Source of the DNA: an uncultured bacterium
GTDB taxonomy: Bacteria > Oederibacteriota > JAAXVQ01
NCBI GenBank assembly: GCA_964593065.1
Contig: CAZQGO010000001.1
Span: 268,565-332,564, forward strand
DNA: 64,000 nucleotides
Direction of reading: 5' to 3'
In this document: positions 37,652-47,900 of the stretch, in pieces
Position numbering within the stretch: the first letter of the stretch is position 1
How the letters are laid out: each line of letters opens with the position of its first letter
Notes under the pieces: generated by a model
The model's database searches: none
Told to the model about the DNA's origin: nothing
What the model saw: the letters and a program-made list of their open reading frames with translations, nothing else
Made by a program: the position numbers and the translations under genes

Positions 37652-38748
37652 ATCCGACCCTGCTGGGATTCGTGCGCAAGGAATTCATCCAGACCCTGCG
37701 CGATCCGCGCATGCGCGTGCTCATCTTCCTGGCGCCGATCCTGCAACTGCTGCTTTTCGGCTACGCGATTTCGACCGAAGTGCGCAACATCCGCCTGGCG
37801 GCCCAATACGCGCCCCAAGACGTCCTGGCGCGCCGGCTCGAGGAACGGGCCCTGCGTTCGGGCTGGTTTCTTCCCGCCGCCGTACGCGGCGGCGATCCCT
37901 TTGCATGGATCCAGGCCGGCCAGGCCGACGCCGTGTTCATCGCCCCGGCGCGGGGCCTCACCCAGGACGTGCAGCGCGGCGGCGCCCGGGTCCAGGTGCT
38001 GGTGGATGCCACCAACGTGCTGCGGGCCCGCGCGGTGGAACGGTACCTGCAGGCCGTACTCCAGGAGGTCCTGGCCGAGGCCTTCCCGGGAGCGCAAACC
38101 GCACCACCCATCGCCTTCGACGTCCGCATGCTCTACAACCCCGCCATGGATACCGCCTTCTTCCTCGTGCCGGGCGTCATGGTCATGCTGCTGTGCATCA
38201 TCACCGTGCTGTTGACGAGCATGTCCTTAGTGCGGGAAAAGGAACTGGGCACATTCGAGACCCTGATCTCGGCGCCCGTGAAGAACTGGGAGATCCTCCT
38301 GGGCAAGACCCTGCCGTTCATGCTCCTGAGCATGGTCGTGGTGCACCTGATCCTGTTGGCGGCCATCGTGATCTTCGGACTGCCCATGCGGGGCGCCTAT
38401 TGGAAATTCCTGCTGGCGGCCTTTCTCTTCGTCTGCACCACGGTCTCCGTGGGCACGCTCATCTCGACCATCGCCAGGCGGCAGCAACAGGCCATGATGG
38501 CCACCTTCCTGTTTCTCTTTCCGGCCATCATGCTGTCGGGCATGATGTTCCCGATCGAGAACATGCCCGAGGGGCTCATTCTGGTGGCCTATTTGAATCC
38601 CTTGAAATACATGCTGACCCTGCTCCGCAACATTCTGCTGAAAGGCGGGGACGATTGGGTGTTCTGGACGAACCTGGCGGCCCTGTTTTTAATCGCTTTG
38701 GTGGCCGTGGGAGCCAGTTTCAACCGTTTCCGCCAAACCCTCAATTAA
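37648..38748 (+). CDS. ABC-2 type transporter permease (YbhS/YbhR-like)
   Basis: ATGA overlap with the previous gene. VRKEFIQTLRDPRM N-terminus; paralogue of the preceding permease. Confidence 0.88.
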   Translation: MNPTLLGFVRKEFIQTLRDPRMRVLIFLAPILQLLLFGYAISTEVRNIRLAAQYAPQDVLARRLEERALRSGWFLPAAVRGGDPFAWIQAGQADAVFIAPARGLTQDVQRGGARVQVLVDATNVLRARAVERYLQAVLQEVLAEAFPGAQTAPPIAFDVRMLYNPAMDTAFFLVPGVMVMLLCIITVLLTSMSLVREKELGTFETLISAPVKNWEILLGKTLPFMLLSMVVVHLILLAAIVIFGLPMRGAYWKFLLAAFLFVCTTVSVGTLISTIARRQQQAMMATFLFLFPAIMLSGMMFPIENMPEGLILVAYLNPLKYMLTLLRNILLKGGDDWVFWTNLAALFLIALVAVGASFNRFRQTLN

Positions 38749-38875
38749 TTACCGTAAAAACAAGCCGAAAAGAGAAGCGCCCGGACAAAATAAACCGCCC
38801 GTAATGTCGCAAAAACCGACGTCCAGCCGGCTAGTATTAATAATTATTGGAAATAATAGCATTACGGTTTTCTGG

Positions 38876-38884
38876 TGATATACT
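38876..38884 (+). promoter_or_regulatory. Extended -10 promoter candidate for the giant ORF
   Basis: TGaTATACT in the visibly AT-rich 174-nt gap, 39 nt upstream of ATG 38923. I found no good -35. Confidence 0.3.
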
Positions 38885-38922
38885 GTAAATAGAGTAAAGA
38901 CGCCCGGGATAATCATTCAACT

Positions 38923-41900
38923 ATGCCGCGAACCTGTACGAAAAACATCCGCAGCCCAAGGAATATCAGGAATTCGCTACTGCGCGCCCGCCGGCGTCAC
39001 GCCGGTTTTGCGCTGTGGACGAAATGCCTTTCCCTGCTTCTCTCCCTCAGTTTCATTTTTCCCTATCTCACCTGGGCGTTTGAACCGGAAAATTTTCCGA
39101 ATCCGCCCGCGGCGGAATTTACCCCCCCGCATAAACCCATCACCATTCCTTCCGAGTACGGGATCATCACCCAGTCGTTCCGGGGCGGAGACCGCCGGGT
39201 GGTGGTGATCCAGGATTTGCATTGCAACTTTGAAGTTCAGATGAACATTGCCGGCATCCTGGATCATTTGGCGGACACCCAGGGGCTCCGGCTGGTCGGC
39301 ATCGAAGGGGCGAGCCAACCCCTCAATGTCAGCAAGCTCGGGAGCTTCCCCGTGCCCGAGGTCAAACGGCAGGTCGGCCGGTATCTGGTTCGGCGGGGAG
39401 AAATCGGGGGCCCGGAATACTATGCCGCCACCGGGCGGCATCCCATCCGGGTCAAAGGCATCGAGACCCGGAAACTTTACCAGCAGAGCCTGGCCGAAGT
39501 GCGGAGCTTTTTGAACCCGGAGAACCAGGGGATCTGCTACGACTTGCGCGAGGCGTATGAGGAACTTAAAGGCCGCTGGTACACGCCGGCCTTGGGATCC
39601 TTGGATCAACTGCAGTCCCGGTACCGCCAGGGCCAACTGGGGCTGCGCGCGTACGTCCTGGCGCTGCAGCGGGAGGCCCGAAAATTCGGCGCCGAACTTG
39701 CGGACGCGCCGGAGATGCAGGCCATCCTGCAGGGGGCGCAGGCGAACCTTCCGCCCTCCGGCGACCGGGAAAAGCTGGACAGCGAACTGGACGCATGGGT
39801 GGCCGCCCTGCGGGAAACGCTGTATACGCGGGAGGAGCAGCGGTCCCTGGACCTCTACCTGGGCCGTCTGGACGTGCTGGAAAAACTCATGCATATTTCC
39901 GCCAGTCCCGCGGAAGTATCCGCTTTCTGCGCGCACCGCCCGGACTATGCCGCGACGGCGTTTTTGCAGGGCCTGCGGCAATTGTCACCCGCCGGGACGG
40001 AGGCCCAGGACCTGGAACCGGAAATCCTCCAGCTGGATGCCTGCCTGGAACGTGTCGCGGATTTCTACCGCTTGGCCGACGAGCGCAGCGGGCAGTGCGC
40101 CGCCAATCTGCTGGACCGCATGCGCCGGGACGGGGCCGACTTGGCCGTCCTGGTCGCGGGCGGTTTTCACGCGGCAGGCATTCAAAAGACCTTGGAAAAT
40201 GCGGGGGTCTCATATCTGGGCGTGCAGCCGCGCGTGACCGACTTCGAAACCGATTCCCCCTACTTCCAGTTGCTGCAGAACCGAGTGACACCTTTGGAAA
40301 AGCTTCTGACCGCGCGGCAGAACCTGCTGGCCATCCCGGTAAGCAGCGTGGAGGTCAGGGAAGACGCCGGCACGCAAGACACAGCCGCCGCCATTCTGAA
40401 TGAAGACAACCTGGAACAGCTTGCCGGGACGCAGGACCGGCAGACCTTGCAGCGCTACCGTGCGCATCTGAATTTCATCCAGGTTCTGCTGAACGGCTGT
40501 CTCGTCGACTGGCTGGCCGGACAAGGGGCCGGCGCCCGCCTGTTCCTGAAATATTTTTCCCTGAAACAAGACTACCCTGCGGATTATTCCGGATTGGAAT
40601 TCAATGCGGCCAAAGCGACCTCGGAAACCTTGAAACAACTGGCCGCGGGCCAGCCCGCCGTCCTGCAGCTGGCGGACGCGGGCGTGCCGTTCACCCTGGT
40701 ATTGTCCCCGGCCGCGGATTCCGGGCGGGAAGCGGCGGCTCTCGCGAGCATGCCTTTGGAGGACGGCCGGAAGCTGTGGGTCATGAACCCGGCACAGGTC
40801 GAGGCCTACCGGCGGCAATGGCAGGCCGCGTCCGGCCCGGGCCGGCTGCTGCGTGAGGTAACGGTGCGCATGCCCCGCAGCCTGGCTGTGGTTTTCGCCG
40901 TGCACCTGCTGGGAAGACTGGCCCTCGCCGGGCTTGCCTTGCAGGCCCGTGGCCGGAGCATTTGGGCCGGGCTGAAAACCGCCGGCCCAGGGGCGGCCTG
41001 GGCAGGGCTGGCCAATACGGTGGTCAATTTCCTGACGGTTTCGGGCCTTGCTCTCCGGTTGGCCCGGCTCTGGCCGACGCCGGGACGGGCTCCGTCGCTT
41101 TCGGGCGGGGCGCGCAAGCCGCTGATGGAACCGCACCGGCCGCTCAGGTCCTCCGAATCCGCGGCCCTGCTGCGGCTGGCGCGGTCCCGCCCCTGGCCGG
41201 CCGTGGAAAACAAGCAGATCAATTTGCCCGGCGGGCAGCCGCTCACCCTGCCTTCCTACCGGCTGGTGGCCTATACCGCCACGGGCAGGGACGATCCCAT
41301 GGATTTGCTGCTGGCACGGAAAGGCAACGCCTATCATCTCCGGGATCCGCAAAGCGGGGAACAATTCATTTTCGTGAACCAGGCCGCCATGGACCGCGAG
41401 GAGGCCGTCGAACACGAGGAGTTCGACCTGTTCTGGACCGTGCGGCTGGAGGCGGAAGCCTCTTCGCCCGAAGGCCTGCGCCTGCCCGCCGGGTTCGACA
41501 TCCAGCGCGCCGCCCATACCCTGGCCTGGGGCCTGCAGATCGCCCTGCGCGGCTGGACCCGTGTGGGCCAGAGCGCTTTTCTACGCCATGAGCTGTTTTT
41601 CCTGGGCGAAAGCGACCTGCGGAGCCTGGCGCGCGAGAACCGCCGGCCCCATGCTCAACTCCGCGAGAGATATCTCACGCCCCTGCTGCCGCCCCAGACC
41701 CTGCAAACGATCGCGGATTTCGAAACCTCCATCCGGGACGCCTACGCGGCCAACGATCCGCGCGATTTGCGGAATTACCGGCAGGTGAGGAAAATTCTCG
41801 CCCAGGGCATCCGGGGGGAAATCCGCGCCATGCTGCGGGGAGAGCGCGAGGAGTATGCAGCCGACTATTTTCTCGAAGCCATGCCTTTCCTGGCCTTGGA

Positions 41901-44900
41901 CGACGGCGAGGAGGTCATCACCCTGCACCGGCTGGCCGACGAGCTCTACCCGGAAATCCTGGCCCAATTCAAGACGGATTTTGCCAAAGCCGCGAAAAAG
42001 CTGGCCAGGGCCGAGTACGGCCAGGCCGTGGTTGCCGATCTCCCGACCTCAGAACAGCTGTTTGCCTTATTGCAGGTGCGGAACGAATACCAGTTCGTGC
42101 TGATCCAGGGCGCAGCCGGCAGGTTCCTGCTCATCTGCAAGGGCACGGGCGAACTGCCCGACGCCCTCGTCGAACTGACCGGCGCCGGAGCCGTGGTCCC
42201 CGAGGTCTTCGGTCTGCTGCCGCTCGGACCCTATCTTGAGGCCGTGGGTCACTCCCACCCCAGAGCCGCCGGCCCCAGCCCGCGGGACCAGGACAATCAG
42301 CAGAGCCTCAGCGAGACGCTGCGGGACATGGACCTGGATCCTTCCCGGGTGGGAAGATTCGTGGTCCGGATCGATCCCAGGCTGGGGCATTGGTGGTTGT
42401 GGCGTTTTGACGCCGATACCGGGGCTTATGTCCGGCATGAGGGCCAGGCGGAAGTGCGGGAGCAGCTGGCGGACCTGGGGTTCATTCAGCGGCCCTTGGC
42501 ACCGGCCGGCGACGACCGCGAGGGCGTCATCGGCGCCATGCTGGAAGGGCATCGCGGGCTCTATGCGGAGATGGTCGAGCGGGTGGGGAAGATTGCGGCG
42601 CGGCGCGGATGGGGCGGAATATTCTCGGGCCTGGAACGGGCGCGCACGCCGCAAGACCGGCAGGCCATTGACCGGGCCCTGGCCCGGCTGCGCCAGGCCG
42701 GATTGCCGGAAGAACGAATTGAACGCATGCGGGCCAGGGTTTTCCCGGTAACTGTGGCCGAGAGCAAGCTCGGCCGGGAAGGCAGCCGTTTGGGCGGGCT
42801 GATCGTGCGCCATGCGGGGGAATATCACGTACTCTTCCCGCGGGAGCGGCTGCTCAACCCGGACCCGGAGGTCCTGGGCGACCTGCTGCACGAGCTGGTC
42901 GAGATCGAGCTGCTGGAAAACGGCTTCACCCTGGCGGAAGCGCATTGGCAGGCCCTGCGCCTGCGCCGGCTGTGGCTCGAGGGCGGGGAAGCCCCGGGGC
43001 CCGCGGTGGCCCAGGCCTGGGAGGAACTGCGGAATCCGTACCGCTGGGGTCAGTTCGAACTTGCGTTTCCCGGAATCCTGCGGGGCATCCTCGACGGGCG
43101 CAATGTATCCTCCCGCACAAACTTGGCGACCCTGCCCGAGGACCGGCTGGCAGGGATCCGCCGCGAATTCCTGGCCGCGCTGCATGCGGCCGGCTGGCAC
43201 GCCCCGCCCGAAGTGCAGGAACGTTACGAAAACATCGTGCATCATCTCCTGACCGCCGCCCAGCTCCGCCAGTTGACCCAGGCCCTGGGACCGGTCACCG
43301 AAAGAGACCTGGCCTGGGTGCTGCAGCGGCTCCATACCTTCGCGGTCCGGTTGGATGAATTCGGCGTGCAGCCGGAGGTGGCGGTCCAACTGCGGCTGCT
43401 GGACCTGTTGAACCAGCTGCCCTTCAGTGAAGCCCAGCGGGTTCAGCTGCTCGCCACGCACGGCCTGGCCGGGCCGCAGTGGGACGGAGCCGTCCCCGAT
43501 GCCGCGGTGACGCAAGCATTGCGCGCCGGGAAACTGGACGAGGCGTGGGAACGGGTCTTCGGGCAGTCACGCCCGATCGCCGAGGCCCTGCCTTTCCTCA
43601 AGGCGCTGGTCGAGTTCTTCCGGGTCTCTTTGTCCAGGATGGAAAATAACTACTTCATCAACCTCCTGCTTGATTTTCAGAATACCACCGGCAGGCCATT
43701 GGAACGGGGGACCGCGGACGAGCGGCGGCGGGCGGCGGGCGAACTGACCCGCAACACCGTGGACGGCCTGTGGATCGCGCTCGAAGTCGGGCATTACCTG
43801 GCCGACCGGGGCATCCGCATGGAGCGGTTCCTGGCGCGCGGGTTCGACGGCATCGTGTTCGAGGGCAGACTGCGCGGGCGGCCGGTCGTGATCAAAATCA
43901 ACCTGCCGCAAAACGGCCTGAAGCCGCGGGAGCTGCTGGAAAACATCAACCACGTCATGTCGGCCACGGACGGGCGGCCCGATTTTGTCCAGAACCAGGA
44001 GCTCCTCCTCATTCGCACGGTGCGGGACCAGGAGATCGTGATCGAAGTCAACGCCAGGGTGCCGGGTATTCCCCTGTGGCGGCTGCTCCACCATCCCGAA
44101 GCCTATGGCGTCGGCGCGGCCGCGGTGCTGGACCACCTCCGCCAATTCCTGGACATGCACGCCTTCCTGGCGCGGCACGGCCTGGTCAACCGCGACGCTC
44201 AGAATCTGAACAATATCGTGACCCGGCCCGACGGCCGGGACCAATTCGTCGATTTCGGAAATATCCGGCCGCGACAGCCGGGCGAAGAGACCTGGGAGCG
44301 CCGCCAGGTTCTTCTGGCCATGATCAAGATCCTCACCGGCCAGGCCATCCGGCTGGCGGAGAGCCAGGAGGGGGATCAGGGGACGGACATCGGCCGCGAG
44401 CAGTACATCGCCCTTTTCCTGAAAAGGTTCGGAGAACAGCATCGCGAACTGGCCGCGGAGATTTTCACCCTGTGGGCGGACGCCTGGGAAAATCCGGAAA
44501 AGCCCTGGGAAGAACTGAGCCAGAGCCTCGGGGAGCTCTCCGGCCGCCTGGGCGAATCCGAACGCCTGGCCAGCGGAATCGTCGGAGCCGCGCTGGTGGA
44601 GGGCGGAGGCCCGGCTGCGCCCCTCGGCCTTGCGGCTGCGGAGAGCACGCGCGGATTGAGAGCAACGGCGGAAACGCGGCCGACCGCTGCGCCGCTTCCC
44701 GGCGATGAATCCCTGGCCGGCGGGATCGGCATACCGGGCGCAAAGCTTCCCCGGAACATTCTTGCCCGCCAGGCTGCGGTTGCGGCTTTGGGCTACGGGG
44801 CTTTGGCCGCCGGACTGGCAGGCGTACTGGCGGCCTTGGGGGTGGGCGATCCGCAGGCCAATCTGGCGGTCGTGGCCTCCGTGGCGGGCTTCTTGAGCGG

Positions 44901-47900
44901 CCGGGCCGCGCTCGCCGGGCTCGCCGAATGGTTCATCAAGGGCCGGGTCCTGCGGAACGGCCCCGGCTTGATTTACGTGACGGACGGCCGCCTCGTCATC
45001 GACCGGCGTGTGCAGGTAACCTCCTTCCCGCGCCGGGTCCTCGCCTATACTGCCGGTTACATCTGCCTGGGTTTGCTCGCGGTCAGCAGTCTCGTGCATG
45101 AATTCTTCCACTATTTCCTGCCCTCGGAAACGGCCGTGTACGGCCTGGAAGCCCTGACCGTGATGACGGTCGCGGGCTTCTTCCTCAACGCGCTGTGGAT
45201 CACGGCCGCGGGCGCGCTGGCGGTGGGCGCGGTTCTCCTGGTGCGGGTGGGCAGGGAAATCAGAGCCGCCATGGCCGGCACTGCCTCTCTGGCCGCCGCG
45301 CCGGAGACAGCGGAAACCGATACCGAAACAAACGCCGCTACACCGGCTTCCTTCCTCCTTGAAGCCATGGGGCTTGGCCGGGTCGACCAGATTCCAGGTG
45401 CCACCCGCTTGCCGTTGTCCGCAGCCGACGAGTCGGTTTTCGCCACGGCGGGCTTGCAAGTGGCAAGGATCCGTCTCGATCAACAACCCTCGAGCGCTGT
45501 GCTTCCGGAAGGCGTCGAGATCCTGCGAAGAGAGTTGCTGATCCGCGGTCAGCAAACTAGTGTATTCGATCTGCTCTTGTCTTCCGATGGCGCGCGAATC
45601 CTGGCGGCATTTCCGGCCGGAGATGGGAAACAATCGGCTCCGCCAAGTGCAAAAACCGGGTGGGACTACGTGGACTTTACACCCTACTATCTGTCCCTCC
45701 CGAATCCGGCAGGCCGAGCGGCCGAAGAAGCCTGGAAAAATTTCGGGTTTGAATGGGAACGGACGCAAGCATTGGTTCAAGCTTACAAGAACGTTCGGTT
45801 CGGCCCTGCGGCCGCGCGCCTGGTCCATGCCATCAATCCCCGGGAGTCTTACGTATCCGTTGCGGTCTCGCGCTTGACCGGTAAAGTTACCGTGCGGCCT
45901 CTCTATATTAAAATGGGCTCTCTGCCCAGGCCCCGGCCCTGGACGCGGCAATTGCTGGTACCGGTTTTCCCGACGGTCTACACGTTCAACCGCTTTCTGG
46001 GCCCGGACCGTAATTTCTATGCCAAAGTATATGCTTATCTTAAAGCCGGTACGCCCGTAACGGTTTTAGGTTCGGGGTCGGGCGTGGATACGGGCCTTGC
46101 TTGCCTGAAAAGCGGGCGGCCGGTCGTCAGCTACGATGCAAATTCACTCGCCCGCGCAAACGTATCGGCCATGGCAGCTTTAAACGGCCTTGACGTCAAG
46201 GTCACGGACCAAAGACCCAGGAACCCGATAGGGCTGGTGGTCTGGAATATGCCGGCGTACACACCTCGCGGGCTGTTCGCCGACAAAACCCAGAAACAAT
46301 TAAAAGATATCTGGGACCGGGATATCGGCGGCGAAATCCTAAGGGACTTCGCGCGCTACTTGGCTGCGAATCGTGTTCCCGCGCTGATTTGGAATGAGTC
46401 CGTCCATCAGGCTGAAATTGCGGAGATCGTCCGGGCGGAAGGTTTGACCCTCCGCACCCTGGGCCGCAACGTCTTCCTGCTCGAGCCCGGCGCGCGGGAA
46501 CGGGCGCCGGACATGATTCCCGCAAATGCGGCCCCGAATGGCGCCGCACTGATCCGAGATTTCGCCCTGCCGACCGATGCGTTCCAGGGAATCCGGCCGG
46601 AACGCTTAGAGGCCCTGGCACCTCTGCTGCAGGCCCGGCTGGAAGAGAGCCGCGCACCGGCGGAGGAGTTCCCGTCAATCCTCGCCGAGACCTCCCTCTT
46701 TCTGGACCGGGCCGAATCCGCGCGGGCGCGGATGCTGGCTGGAGAAGCCCTCACCGCCGACGATCTCGCCGCCCGGCTAGCGATCGAACCGGCCGAGGCC
46801 GCACAAATCCTGGATTACCTTGGCGGCTGGGATGCCGAACTCACCTATTTGAAGGGCATCCATCCCTCGCAGGGCGGGAAAACTTACTTCCACCCCCTGG
46901 TGGCTCCGGAGGCCGTCTTCCTGACGCTGGTAATCGTGCTTGCGGCGGCGACGGGATTCACCGCCGGCTGGATGTTCGGCGCACTGTTCCTGGCCGGCGG
47001 TTTCTTGTCCGTGCTGCTCAGCTCGCCTTGGCTCCAGCGCCATCCGAAACTTCGAAAAATCGCGACAGGGCTCTCCGGCGGTATTCAAATCCTCGCCGGT
47101 GGTTTGCTCTACGTTACCTTCAATCCCGCGGGCTTATCCGCAACCGGTCTCGCGGTTTTGTTCATGCCCCTGTTGTTATCCCGGCCGATCCATGAACTGG
47201 GGCATTACGTGATCGGCAAATTCTCCGGATTGAAGACCCTGGAGTATTCGCTCTTCCGGGTGAAGATTGACCCCCGTGAATTGCAACGCTTGCACCTGCT
47301 TCCCAAAATCGCCTTCCTGAGCGCCGGCATCCTGGCGGCCGGTCTGGCCGGAATTTTACTCATCGCCTTGGGCTCGGTATTCCACCTGGCAATCATTTCG
47401 GTTTTCGGGATCCTGCTCACGGGCCTCGCACTGTTGGATTTCCTGCCCGCTTATCGTGGTGCGCTACCCTTGGATGGCTTGCGAATCTATGATGCCCTGG
47501 CTTCCGCCTTGGCCGAGTACGCGACGCAGCGGTTTCTCCTGCCCCTGCGCGAACGCCGGCAGAACCGGCGCCAGCCGCGCGGACCGTCGCCGGAAATCAG
47601 GACCCAGGCCGTTTTCCCGCTGCTCGAGTCCCTGCAGTTGACGGATCCGAAGCGCATTCCCGGTGCAAAATTCCTGGATGCCCCCCCTGTGCGGGGCCTT
47701 GATGTAAAACGCCTGGAACTGCCGCCCCTGGCCGATCCCAACCAGCCGCCCACGGGCGCGGATTACCTGCAGTGCCAGCTGGCCGACCCCACGAAGGGAG
47801 CAGTGAGGGTTTTCGATCTGCTCTATGATTCCCGCGGGCATTTGCAGGCGGTTTTTCCGGTTTTGCCGGAAACCCTGGGTCCGGGCCGGGCAGAACCGGT

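Noticed and set aside
42889-42903. HELVE in LLHELVEIELL as another metalloprotease motif
   Set aside because: It is HExxE, not HExxH, and has no supporting third-ligand motif or recognisable fold context. It is most likely a chance occurrence in a helical segment.
40210-43515. Two long minus-strand ORFs (435 and 482 aa)
   Set aside because: They are antisense to the giant ORF, with GC-rich shadow-frame composition and no domain signatures.
43567-45951. 794-aa minus-strand ORF
   Set aside because: It is a shadow ORF antisense to the kinase-like and TM/HEFFH parts of the giant gene, with low-complexity R/G/P-rich translation.
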